From positions 13,826,001 through 13,890,000 of the forward strand of contig NC_042997.1 of NCBI RefSeq assembly GCF_006345805.1: a DNA stretch of 64,000 nucleotides, written 5' to 3'. The stretch is from Octopus sinensis. Lineage: Eukaryota. The notes beneath the pieces were generated by a model that made no database searches, was not told where the DNA came from, and saw only the letters and a program-made list of their open reading frames with translations. How positions within the stretch are numbered: position 1 is the first letter of the stretch; each line of letters opens with the position of its first letter. This document shows, in pieces, positions 25,046 to 38,718 of this stretch. The position numbers were made by a program, and so were the translations under genes.

Positions 25046-27998
25046 TTTAACTAAAATCAGTTATTGCTTTAGTATTTTATTTCTAAATCGTTCTGGAATA
25101 AATCAAAATAATGTCACTACTTACAAACATTAACAAACATTGTTATGGATATATAGATCTCGAGATTTTAACGTTAAATTCCAGATAGAAGATGAAATAA
25201 TGTCATGTCGTCACAGAACGTTTCGTTTGAGGATTTAATATATCGGGACAGATATTTTAGTATCGATAAAATAACATTCTTGTGTTGATAAAAATTAATC
25301 AATATTGTCCACCAAGCATTATTATCTGCTTATATGGTTTAAATGGATGTAAACCTTCATTAATAGTCAAATATCAAAAGTTCTGAGTCTTAAAAAGGAG
25401 TTCAATGCTGAAAGGGGTCAGTGACTTTGCCACCGTCTAAGCAATAAAGTGCATTGGAAACTTGAAGATTTTTCATGAACGTCGAAGGTATTTCAAGTAG
25501 ATTTACAGATACGAAGGATATGTATGTAGACCTAATACCTGACAAAATTCACTTATTCTCACACCTCCTTGCAGAAGTTACATATTCAAAGAGTTCGCCA
25601 AGTTTCCGTCATGCCAATGACCCTGTAAATGGATTTCATTTGCATTCGTTATCGCTGGTCGCCAATTTAACAAGAAGCTTATGGGCAATAAGATTAATAG
25701 ATTATTGGTCGTAGCATTTGGTAAGCAATTCTAATTCTAATGGAAAGTGTATTTTAAAAATATGGAAGCATATATATCAAGACAAATCTTTGTTAATATC
25801 AAGTGAAAACGATAAATTACTAAAATGTGAGTCATAGTCAAGGAAATGTTTGGCGAAATACAATTAAACGGCATCACGAATGATTTGTAATATTTTTCGA
25901 TTATCTAATTCTCCCCGGGAAATACTTTGCCTGTTGTTTCACTGAGAACCGATAATAAAAGCACCTGTCACATATTGGGTCGATTCAATCGTTTATATCT
26001 CTTCCCTATAAACCTGTGCCAACGTAATGACGCCATAGTTCCTTTATATCTAATGTATTTTGTGGGAGGCGTTAATGCTTACAAAATCTTAATTGCACAA
26101 TTAATCAAACCTTTATGTCTAGCCTAATGCAATTATAGGTTTGTAATTTAGCCTGTGTTATATAATGGAGTTAATCTTCACATTTTATTCTATGACCAGT
26201 TCTTGACTTTGAGGTTTGTCGTTATTTAAATTCGCAAGTAGTATATTACTAATAGTTTTTAATACATGAACGTCACGTAAACGTTTATTTCAGTACCGGT
26301 GCTTATAAAAGGAATGAATATTATAGATTTCTAATTTTCCTGTAACTAATATTCACTTGAAATTTTAAAATCCAGTCTGAAATTTTCTGCAATACATCTC
26401 AGGAAATATATTGTCTAAAAGATCGGTTTAATTAGTTAATTCGTAAGATCAGTTGCTTCTAACCTTAACTTCTTCAAATCATCAGGTATATAATTCTGTT
26501 TATTTCTCTTATATCTCTTTACAAGATAAAATTATAGTTAATTTAAAGGTCTTAAAGTACATGAAAAGCCGGCAAAGAGTGGCACGAATCCGGCTATCGG
26601 CCGAATCCATTATGAGAATAGCCCTACTACCCATCTTAAATAAAACTATCAAATGTGAAAATTGAAGGTAAAATTTTTCTTTATGTAAGGACAAAGATTA
26701 AATATTCCTGGTCACCAGCACCACTTCCTCTATTTGGAAATTTTGTAAGTAATCTAAGGCGTATAAGTCAAATTCAAATAATCAATTATATTCGAATAGC
26801 AGAAGTATTTACTGCATTTACTGCATAATTCACGACATTTTTTCAAACAGTAGATAAAGCTATTCTAACACTTGTAAATGTTATTTTAAAGCAATACATT
26901 AATATAATAATACAGAGCGTATATATATATGTGTGTGTGTGTTTGTGTGTATGTGTGTGTGTGTGTGTGCTTGTGTGTGTGCATGTGTAGAAATATCTAC
27001 ATCCGTGTGTGTTCATTATTTATTGAATATTTCAATAAATGTACGGAACTTAAGCGATAGTATAGAAAAGAGAGATTCTTGGAAAGTGAAGAATGGAGCT
27101 AGAATACACTGGTAGCGTAAGAAGCTATTTATTTGGAAGATAATTTTTTCTCTAAAAGTATCCTATTTAATTATTAATATTCCTTTCGTTCTTCTCCTAC
27201 TCTTCCCTTCTATCCACTTTCTAATTTCACTACCCCGTTCCACTTCTCACTATTCCAGCGGAAGTATTATCTCACGTATATTATAGCTGCCGGTAATAAC
27301 AGAACCTTAATTGATTTGGCATTGAACAAAAGTAAGACCAAAGACTATATAAAATAGGCTGGCATCAACAGAAGATCGTCTTATTGCTGCTGTAGCATCA
27401 ATCTTGATAGTAGCTTCCGGTGACAGAGTGATCTCATATTGGCCATCACCACACGATTGTCTTCAATTTTATTCTATTTCTTTTTACACTTTTTCACATT
27501 TCTTCTGTAATATTAATTATATTTTCTATATTAGCATCATTTTTCTTCGGGTGGGTATAATTCGATTTGTCATTCAGGGGATAATCAGCAATCGGATTGT
27601 TCATAGCAACTGATAGAGAATTCTATATTTGTGTAGATAACTAAAATACATTTACCAGAAAATACATTTACCAGAAAATATAAAATATGAAGTAAAATAT
27701 TGTTAGACCATAAGAAATATTGCTATGAGAAAAGAAATACTCATTGGAAGCCCCATAAATATACGAATATTTTATCTTTTAAAGCTTCTCAACATTTTCG
27801 ATTTTAGGAAAGCACTTTTAAATAAAAGATGTTTAAGAATCTTTTTGAAATAATTCATTAGTTCACACACTGCGAAAAGTATTCGCAAAATGCTTACACA
27901 CAAAATATTTAATATTTAATATCTACACATAGACTCAAATACATGTATTCACCTACGTCTAGGAATGATTCATCTTTGTTCACACTCATACATATATG

Positions 27999-28030
<32 letters not shown>

Positions 28031-28130
28031 GTGTGTGTGTGTGTGTGTTTGTGTGTATATATATACGCATGTACGTTTATAGTCGTGTGTATTCGCATCT
28101 GTGCGTATATGCATGTATGTGTTTTAGTGT

Positions 28131-28501
28131 GGAGGCGCAATGGCCCAGTGGTTAGGGCAGCGGACTCGCGGTCATAGGATCGCGGTTTCGATTCCCAGAC
28201 CGGGCGTTGTGAGTGTTTATTGAGCGAAAATACCTAAAAGCTCCACGAGGCTCCGGCAGGGGGTGGTGGTGATCCCTGCTGTACTCTTTCACCACAACTT
28301 TCTCTCACTCTTACTTCCTGTTTCTGTTGTACCTGTATTTCAAAGGGGCCAGCCTTGTCACACTCTGTGTCCCGAGAACTACGTTAAGGGTGCACGTGTC
28401 TGTGGAGTGCTCAGCCACTTACACGTTAATTTCACGAGCAGGCTGTTCCGTTGATTCGAATCAACCGCAACCCTCATCGTCGTAACCCACGGAGTGCTTC
28501 C
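28131..28501 (+). mobile_element. SINE group A (H1+T1), full length
   Basis: TSD atgtgttttagtgt at 28117-28130 and 28502-28515, extendable by ggagg, which is also the SINE start. Confidence 0.92.
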
Positions 28502-28791
28502 ATGTGTTTTAGTGTGGAGGAGGTTCTGTGTGCGTGCTTGTGTGTATATGTAGAATGAAACCAAATTTTCAAACACGAATACTCTTAGTTAACACACAGA
28601 ACATTACAAGTCATCCTCTCACCATCTATGACATCAAGCACGACTCACCATGAGTAACTCATATGTCACACACTCTCACATAAATTCCCCTCATCCCACT
28701 TATCTCACAACCTTCACCTTACTATCCACTTTGATTCATTATGACATTATAACCATCTTATCTGCTACCTATTTATAATGATCTACGTATG

Positions 28792-28829
<38 letters not shown>

Positions 28830-30199
28830 GGTGTTGTGTGTGTGTTTATGTGTGCCCGTGTGGATCTATATATGTGTGTTAAATAAAATAAGACAACAAA
28901 GCCAAGGCTGTGGAATTTTCAGGACATTTATAAATAGAAAGTTGGTCTTACAGCTGTTTCTGGAATATTAGGGATATCCTTTTAGTCAGAGACGATGTGA
29001 GATGGTTAAATAGAGGGGAAACGTAGAGTTCAATATAAAGAGTTCTTTTGGAAAAGGATGGAAATAAGGAGTCTTGAGAGAAATAGGAGAATGAAAGTAG
29101 AAATAAAGATATATAAAGATGTTAGAGTTGCAGTTCCTCTATCCAAGGAATGTGTAGAAGTGGTGGAAATGCTTCACGCCCATAGTATGTAAATTCCAAT
29201 AGGAGTTCATGTTTTGTCATTACAAATGGTAAGTGTGATGACGTAGATTCCATGTGCTGTTCAGGGATTTTGTGGTGAGAAGGAAAATTTGAGAATGTAG
29301 TATTAAGTGGATAGAGAAGAGAGAACAGATGTTTATGTTAAAATGGGGAGAAATTCAAAAGGAAAATGTGAGAAAAGAAGGAAAGAAAGAGGAAAAGAGA
29401 AAGAAAGCAAGAGAAAATGCGAAAAAATGAAAAAAGTGAAAAAAGGAGTGTTAGTTGGTGGTCAAGATATTATGAGGAGGAGGAGAGGTGAGTAGGGGAA
29501 TGGTAGGAAGAGATAAGAATATAAGGAATGAATGTGTATGAGGAGTGTGAGGTGGGGTGATACGTTAGAATGGCACTAAGGGATGGGTACAGAAAAAAGT
29601 TATAGAGGGTTACTAAAGTGAGTAGTAAGCCTCAAAAAGGAAGGGAACCATACAAATATATAATGGTCAAGTTTCTATAAATAGACACATGTGTTTATTG
29701 TACTGGTTAATATGATAGTGTCGCTTGAGGAATTAGAGAGAAAGAAAGAAGGAAGTGAATATTGGTATAGTCACACGCAGACACACGTACATATATGTGT
29801 GTATATGCACTATTATATAGGCCTGAGTACTTGTGTACTTAAATCTGTACGCATGTATATATACATATATGCACACACACATAAATATATGCATACACGC
29901 ATACGTGCGTACATATACACATACACATGCACACGTACGCTCATACATACAAACGCACACACACACACATATATATTTACATACATCCGCATACGAACAC
30001 ATATGTATGTTCATATATGTAATATTAAACAATTAAAATAAGATTGGAGGATTAAAAAATTAAAAGGGAGAAAATGGAAAGTCGAATAGGATTGTTGGAG
30101 ATTACCTGAGGGGTGTTCGGAATATGTGCTGTGTGGTTATTTAGGTTGCATTCAGATTTGTGGTAAAATTTGAAAGTATGAAAAAAAGCAGTCGTTGCA

Positions 30200-30235
<36 letters not shown>

Positions 30236-30241
<6 letters not shown>

Positions 30242-30600
30242 ATAATCGGGGGATCAGAGTTCTCTTTCAAACAGGGACAACTTTTCACAGTGAAAGGCAG
30301 CATCGCATGTACTTCGGTGAACTTGATATACGAACTAACCTGCCCTGGGTTTCAGGAGAAATACATAGGCCAAACAAAAAATAATCTACGTCAAAGGGTG
30401 GTTCTGCATAGATCCCAGATAAAAATTCCCCAAAACAGAAAAATAGCATTCAGCAAACACATTGACATTTGCGCCAATAGCAAAAGTCCAAGCTTCAGTA
30501 TTTTTCCCCTCTAGCAATTCAGGGACGATACAACCTGCAGGCAACGAATTAGTAAAGAGACTCTCTTATTACAAAATGCAGACCCCTTTTCAACGTATCT
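30236..30600 (+). pseudogene. Penelope-like GIY-YIG endonuclease fragment (one stop, one frameshift)
   Basis: CTSVNLIYELTCPGFQEKYIGQTKNNLRQRVVLHRSQI...SKHIDICA...FSIFPL*QFRDDTTCRQRISKETL/ITKCRPLFNV; LIY-YIGQT core with R and H/E positions; preceded by (TA)n. Confidence 0.85.
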
Positions 30601-31014
30601 ACAACAAACGACATATCCACTTCGGCCTTAGAATAACACACACGCAAATATTAAAAGTGTTACATTCAAGAGATACCCAAGAATTCATTAAAAACAGTCC
30701 CAATCATAACAATTATCTACAACGTACCACTTTTAGGTCAATTGACCATTTAACATCCTACTACTATCATGCCATCCCGCATTCCCTTATTATTCTCTCT
30801 CTTCTCTTTTTCCTTCTTCGTCCTCTTCTTCTCCACCACCTTCTTCCTTACTTTACTACTACTGCTGTTTAGAATAACACCTACGCAAATATAAACAATA
30901 CATTCAAAAGAGATATATAAAGAATTCAATCGCTATTACCATCCACAGGGCACTTGACCATTTAATATCCTACTACTATCATAGCACTCCCGCATTATTA
31001 TTCTCCTTTTCCTT

Positions 31015-31081
<67 letters not shown>

Positions 31082-31285
31082 TATTATTATTATATTATTA
31101 TTATTCTCTGCCAATAATTCACAACGACCTCGAATCCACAAGAGTAAACAAGAGAGACAGAGGCAGGCAGAAACAGGCAAAATGCCCCTTGTATTTGAAT
31201 ACTATGCAAATATTCGTTTAAAACATTTTCATATAATTTTTCCAAAATTTAATTGCTTTCGATGCTTACAGTTGAAGAAGTCTCA

Positions 31286-31404
31286 ATGAATGAAACTGGT
31301 ACTGAAATGTTTTTATAAAATTATTTTGGCATTTTCTACCTTGACTTTTTTCCATATATATATATATATATATATATATAGCCGCTAATATATTATACAC
31401 ACAT

Positions 31405-31452
<48 letters not shown>

Positions 31453-31481
31453 TGTGTGTGTGTGTATAAATATATTAGCGG

Positions 31482-31517
<36 letters not shown>

Positions 31518-31583
31518 AAAAAAGTCAAGGTAGAAAATGCCAAAATAATTTTATAAAAACATTTCAGTACCAGTTTCATTCAT
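31286..31583. repeat. ~300-bp near-perfect palindrome centred on (TA)n
   Basis: 31286-31356 is the reverse complement of ~31513-31583; the inner gccgctaatatatt/aatatattagcggc and (CA)n/(TG)n blocks mirror as well. Confidence 0.9.
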
Positions 31584-32419
31584 ATATATATATATATAAT
31601 ATATATATAGTATATATATAGTATATATATATAGTAGGTAATATCTATCGCACTCAATCTAATGCCATAAAATTTCTGATACGCTGTAGCTAATAACCAA
31701 CTAAAAGACGGCATTCGAGATACATTTAAATACAAGAGCTTAAAAACTGAACATAAATGTGTGCAACAAAAGAACCAATAAAACATGTCTCATGCACCCA
31801 TGTGACAATAAATGATCCCTAAAAGCTCCAGGACAACAAGTGGAGATACAAACAGTATGATGAACATATTGAAGACCGAACCAAAAAGGGCACCGTATAA
31901 ACAACAACCTAGACATCACATTAACAACAGTTTTAATATAAACAGTCATACGTTTTACGTCAACTGGTCCCCTATTATTATGATATTGCCACCTAGCAGT
32001 ACCATTCACTTCAACGTTATCCACAGTGCCAACTAATAACGTCACTTTTATGCACCTATGATAGAGAGACCATACGTATTCCGATACGAAAGAAGCGTTT
32101 TGTTTTTAACATCAATTGGATCATAGTTGACAAAAAGCTCTTCTTACACACACACATATGTGAGTGACTTCACCAACGATAGTATGTGAAAGCGGTCATG
32201 GGATTGATATGTAGTGGTGGTGGTAGTGGTGGTGGTAGTGGTGGTGGTGATGGTGGTGGTGGTGGTGGTGGTGGTGGTGGTAGTGCACTTATTTATGCTC
32301 AGAAGGTCCCTGATTAAGTATACCTATAATTAAAAACTCACCAACCGTGACCATCCTGACACTGTTTATTATGTACAACTATATTGTCTAATATGTCTGT
32401 TCGTTTTGAGGAGAGGGTA

Positions 32420-32465
<46 letters not shown>

Positions 32466-32467
<2 letters not shown>

Positions 32468-32632
32468 CGACAGGCTTCTTTCAGTTTCCGTCTGCCCAAA
32501 TCCACTTACAAGAATTTGGTTCGCCCGGGGTTATAGCGGAAAACACTTGACCAAGGGGCAACGCAGTGGGACTGAACCCGGAACTATATGGTTGGAAAGC
32601 AAAATTCTTACTATACAGCCAAGCTTGCGCCT
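32466..32632 (-). mobile_element. Group B SINE, 5' half
   Basis: Reverse complement of the group B head (aggcgcaagcttggctgtatagtaag...). Confidence 0.8.
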
Positions 32633-32691
32633 AGTGTTTGTGCGTATGCGTGGTTGTGTATGTATGTATATATGTAATGTATGTATTCATG

Positions 32692-32723
<32 letters not shown>

Positions 32724-35134
32724 CATCTATCTATACAAATATATAGATATAGTATGTAATGTGTGAGTATATATAATGTATTATATATGTGCTTTAGTGT
32801 GTGAGTATGTGTGAGTGCGTGTTTGGATGCGATTTTGGATAAATACGAGAAAATAACAGGTTGGGAAAGAAGACGGGCAGTTGTCACTAGAAATACCAAT
32901 CAATAGAAGCAAAAACGCTATTGCTAGCAGAGATAAAAGTTTTTAGTTACTTAAAAGTCGTTAATTCAGACGAATGACATACTTACGGCTGGATGAGTAA
33001 CTTAATTCTATCAACGTATTTTACTGCAAAAATACCTGCCGGCAGAGTGTTTGTAAATATTTTCGTAGTTTGTGCATATTAAATATCTCTGTTGTTTTCT
33101 TATCTTATTTGCCTCAGGGAACAGTAAGCCAGGAGAAATTATTTCACACACTGTCACATGTATTCTCAAAATACTCATACACACACTACTACTGGCACAC
33201 AGTCACGAATACATACATGAATAGATACACACGCACAAACAAATGCATACACATCCAGACACATTGAGAAGCATACGTTCATAGTTATAGTTGCAGTCAT
33301 GCAATCTTTCGTGCGTATGTAAGCATATATAACCTGAGGACATCTAGAAATTTATCTAACTTCAGTAAATTGCATCTAGGAAAAAAACATTATAATCTGA
33401 TTGCGTTTATAGAACACACATTAATCAGAAGCAGATCGAATGTGTGTACGTATGTGTGTGTTTCTGTTTTAGAAGCTTTTCATTTCTCTCTAAGAAAATT
33501 CATAATTTTCGTCTTTTCATTAAAAGAAACGGTAAACATAGAGAAATGCACAAACACATATAGATACTCACACACTTATTTGTGTATTTTAATCATATGT
33601 TTACGTGCTCTGCGCTTACGTGTGTGTTTGTGAGTATATGTGGCAATGCACTGATCAAATAAAGTAAACGTCAAGGCAATGCCTAAGGCACCAGTCTAAT
33701 TTTTTACGATCCAAAAATTGACATTTAATGTAATTATCGTTAACACTAAAAATGAAAATCAGTTTATGATTTTAAATAAAAAAAATAAAACAAGAACAAC
33801 AAATAAAACAACAGTAATAATGATTTTTAACTTTGCTACAAGAGTAGAATTTTAGGGGAAAAGTCTGCTGTGAAACTATAGCTCTGTGGTTCTTATTTTG
33901 TCGACCTTGGCAAGATTTGAACTAACATAAGATAGGTGCATAGCTAAGTTGCCGCAAAATATTTTGTACAGCATTTCTATCGTTTCTGTAAGTCACAGTT
34001 TTAATATATATTACCTAACAGAAGCACAAGGCCACAAACTGTACAGTGAAGAGAAAAGCCTATTATATCTACCACAGTATATGAATAGTGTTTTACTGTA
34101 TCAGCCCCGGCAAGATGAACGGTTAGGTTTACAATCTCGAGATTGCCAAAAGACGGATTAAATATCATGTTGCTTGTGCCAGCACTCTAAATATTAAGCC
34201 AATCGAAAGCCTTAGTTATAGCTCTAAAAATAATAGAGATTTCTAATTTTGGCTGATTTTCCTATGTATAAGGACAGGATGCATCCGGGTATTTCGATAC
34301 CACTGGTGTTTACTTTAAGGTGCAAGGTAAGTTCAATTAAAAGCATCCAGATATGAACTCAGTGTATAAATATATACCTAATTTGTTTGTTCGACGCTCT
34401 GCTATTTCTGATGCGCACCATCATTATAACCATAGGGGTTTCTATCATAGAAGGGTGAAGGGTATAGTCAATAAAACTAACTCTAGTGCTTGACTTAGTC
34501 TCATATTATCGATCCCAGAAGAAAAAGGAAAAACTTCCCTGGAAAACACTTGTACTTAAGAAGCGTAACTAAATACGCCAATGTATTTAGTCCATCTCTC
34601 TAATGCTTCTATAATTTACCATCTGGTATAATCGATTATATTAACAACAGCACTTATTGACCACAAAAGTATACAACGTAAAGACTCTAGCGGCGAGACT
34701 TTGACTCAGTTCATGTTAGAATGAAAAAATAAATTTCGATCATCGACACTAATATTTCTCTTATTTCTGTTATTTACCAATCTTAGTTGTAAAAAGGAAT
34801 TATATCGCCAACTATTTTTTAAAAAAGAAAGAAAACCGTTTAGTAACTTGTCTGCTTGTAGCTTCTATTTCTCTCTTTCTCTATCTCTCTCACCCTCTAT
34901 CTCTTCTCTTTCATTTTCTCTCCCTCTCCCCCCCTCTCTCTCTCACACACACAAATACAATCTACACAGATAATTCAAGTATGCATATATATATTCTTAC
35001 ACATGTATAAACACAGAGAAAAGCGTGAGAGACGGGACAAGATAGGCTAAAAGAAAGAAAGTGAGAAGGAGTAGTGAGAAAGGATAGAAAAAGATTGTGA
35101 GAGAAGGGATATGATAGAGCGAAAAAATTATATT

Positions 35135-35505
35135 GGCGTAGACATGGATGTGTGGCAAGAAGCTTGCTTCCCAACCACATTCTTTCGGGTTCAGTCCCAT
35201 TGCGTGGTTCCTTCGGCAAGTGTCTTTTACTATGGCCTCGGGTCGACCAGAGCCTTGTGAGTGGATTTGGTAGACTGAAACTGAAAGAAGTCAGTTGTAT
35301 ATATTTATGTGTGTGTGTCTGTATTTGTCCCCCTCTAACGCTCGACAACCGATACTGGTGGTGTTTACGTCCCCATAACCTAGTGGTTCGGCAAAAGAAC
35401 CCAGTAGAATAAGTGCCAGGCTTACGAAGAATAAGTCCTCGGGTGCTCCGGTAAGGCAGCGGTCAAATAACTGAAACATGTAAAACAATTGAAGAATAAA
35501 AGAAT
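35135..35505 (+). mobile_element. Group B SINE (internal (TA)/(TG) tract, CORE-like ccttcggcaagtgtc segment)
   Basis: Colinear with 40679, 54401 and 59684. Confidence 0.88.
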
Positions 35506-36199
35506 GTGTGTGAGAGACAGAGAGATAGATAGATAAATAAAGAGAGAGAGAGAAACGAGAGAAGGAGGGAGAGACGCTAAAACAGACCGATTAAAAGATG
35601 AAATATATTACAATAATGAAAATTCATGTTTATGGAAAACATGATGGAAATAAAATGAAATACGATCAATGATAAACCTTCGATTTCGGTTCTAGAATGA
35701 AAGTTCGCTAATGAAACGTGTTTCCTCGTGTTTGTATTTCGAATTTTCCCATCAGTTGTTCTATTTGTCTTTCACCATTGTCGTCTTGAATTTTCATTTT
35801 TAGCATACATAGTCATTTTCATCGAGCAGACACACACACACACACATATATATATATATGGATATATATCCATATGTCGTATGCATAACCATCTGTGTAT
35901 TATAATTGATGCAATTAATGCAATAAGAGTTTTTTTATACATGTATGTATGTGTGTGTGTGTGTGTGCAATACTGTACGTGAGTGTGGATCTGTGTGGTA
36001 AGGTTATATGTATAGTTGCATATATCCATATAAATATCTAGGTTTGTGTATTCCGAAAAGCATAAATTACATACGTACATGTATAGACACACACAAACAA
36101 ATATGTGCGTGATTATATACATATATATATATATATATACATATATATTAAGAGAGAGAGAGAGAGACATGTGTGTATGTATATATATATATATATATA

Positions 36200-36262
36200 G
36201 ATAGATAGATAGATAGATGTGTGTATACATATATATATATAGAGAGGGTGTGAGAGAGAGAG

Positions 36263-36310
<48 letters not shown>

Positions 36311-37158
36311 ATATATATATATACATATATATATACATATATATATATACATACACACGCATATATATATGTGTGTGTGTATGTATGTATAATTATTATC
36401 ACAAAAACATCTTCGCTTCAGATGAAAAACAAACGAAAAAGGGAAGAAGAAAGACATTTATTGTTACGCAACATTCAATGAGTTGGTACGCTAAGCAAAG
36501 TTACTAATTGAGTTTTCTATGAAAAGCTATTAACAGAGTCTTTCAGGAGGATCGCGAATTGGGAGGCATAGTTTTATGACTTACTAAAATAATGCATTAT
36601 CAAGTTAACTGCCAGCAAAAGTCGTATATTCCCTGCGCGACATCTGGTCATTTTTATTAAATAAACCTCTCTGACGAAATTATCTTAAACGCTATATCTC
36701 GGAGGTAACAAAATTTTAAGCTCACATTTGAGACGAAAGAAATACTTTCTTTTACAGCGTTTGTTTTCATTTCTTTATTTCCAGTAAAAATATATTGTCT
36801 TTTATATCAAAAACGCATTCACTAACTGCATCAAAAACTATCGTTATTTATCAAAGCAAAATCGTATCAAACACATATACACTTGTGGCCTTTTCAACAC
36901 TTTTGAATTCAATATAAAATAACATTTATTCACTGTCATTATTCCATTTGCTTATATATAATGAATAACTTGTGAAAGTATACCGTGAGCAAAAACCAAA
37001 TAAATTGTATTAATTAAGAATAGAATAAAAATGTTGAAAACTAACTTTTTCACCTGTACATATTATATGTACATATACGTACATACCAACATGCATACAT
37101 ACATACATACATACGTACATACACACATACAAACATATATACATATATACATACATAT

Positions 37159-37191
<33 letters not shown>

Positions 37192-37247
37192 ATAGATAGA
37201 TAGATGTGTGTATACATATATATATAGAGAGGGTGTGAGAGAGAGAG

Positions 37248-37293
<46 letters not shown>

Positions 37294-38143
37294 ATATATA
37301 TATATACATATATATATACATATATATATATATACATACACACGCATATATATATGTGTGTGTGTATGTATGTATAATTATTATCACAAAAACATCTTCG
37401 CTTCAGATGAAAAACAAACGAAAAAGGGAAGAAGAAAGACATTTATTGTTACGCAACATTCAATGAGTTGGTACGCTAAGCAAAGTTACTAATTGAGTTT
37501 TCTATGAAAAGCTATTAACAGAGTCTTTCAGGAGGATCGCGAATTGGGAGGCATAGTTTTATGACTTACTAAAATAATGCATTATCAAGTTAACTGCCAG
37601 CAAAAGTCGTATATTCCCTGCGCGACATCTGGTCATTTTTATTAAATAAACCTCTCTGACGAAATTATCTTAAACGCTATATCTCGGAGGTAACAAAATT
37701 TTAAGCTCACATTTGAGACGAAAGAAATACTTTCTTTTACAGCGTTTGTTTTCATTTCTTTATTTCCAGTAAAAATATATTGTCTTTTATATCAAAAACG
37801 CATTCACTAACTGCATCAAAAACTATCGTTATTTATCAAAGCAAAATCGTATCAAACACATATACACTTGTGGCCTTTTCAACACTTTTGAATTCAATAT
37901 AAAATAACATTTATTCACTGTCATTATTCCATTTGCTTATATATAATGAATAACTTGTGAAAGTATACCGTGAGCAAAAACCAAATAAATTGTATTAATT
38001 AAGAATAGAATAAAAATGTTGAAAACTAACTTTTTCACCTGTACATATTATATGTACATATACGTACATACCAACATGCATACATACATACATACATACG
38101 TACATACACACATACAAACATATATACATATATACATACATAT

Positions 38144-38170
<27 letters not shown>
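36200..38170 (+). repeat. Tandem duplication, 985-bp period, breakpoints in (TA)n tracts
   Basis: Unique blocks such as ~36390-37000 and ~37375-37985 look identical by eye; ORF-track ends 36507 and 37492 differ by 985. Confidence 0.9.
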
Positions 38171-38197
<27 letters not shown>

Positions 38198-38562
38198 TGC
38201 TCGTGTGTGTATAAACGTTTATATATATCTATAGATAGATAGATGGATCGGCGAATAAATATTATTATAATATAAGTACTGAATGGCTTCTTCAGCAAGA
38301 ACTTTATAGCTTAACAAAACTAACATTAGCTTTTATTCATGTATGTGTCTGTGTGTGTGCTCACACGTCTGTTTATACGTGGAGAAATACATACATGCGT
38401 GGGTGAAATATACATATATATATGTGTGTTCTGAGATCAAATTGCGCTGAAGTCGACTTTTCCTAAAGACTTTTTTACTTCCCGAGCGTTAAACTCATGC
38501 AGCTGTTTGTTGTCTAAACCACCTGACTTCCTCTCTTGTTTTTGTTTGTGAATTCTCCCTAT

Positions 38563-38718
38563 ATATAGATAGATAGATTGATTGATAGATAGATAGATAG
38601 ATAGAGAGGTAGGTAGGTAGGTAGGTAGGTAGGTAGGCATGTATGTATGTAGGTAGGTAGGTAGGTAGGTAGGTGGGTAGGTAGGTAGGTAGGTAGGTAG
38701 GTAGGTAGGTAGATAGAT
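38563..38718. repeat. (TAGA)n/(TAGG)n compound microsatellite
   Basis: Direct inspection. Confidence 0.95.

Noticed and set aside
27290-27460. Minus-strand peptide QSCGDGQYEITLSPEATIKIDATAA...FYIVFGLTF, resembling a GPI/TM C-terminus
   Set aside because: The upstream sequence is purine-rich with in-frame stops and no usable acceptor or start codon.
30236-30600. Selenocysteine-encoding (Naiad-type) endonuclease
   Set aside because: The in-frame stop is TAG, not TGA, and no SECIS-like element was seen.
31740-32045. 101-aa minus ORF and an overlapping hydrophobic frame
   Set aside because: No convincing donor/acceptor pair or motif; hydrophobicity is expected from T-rich sequence.
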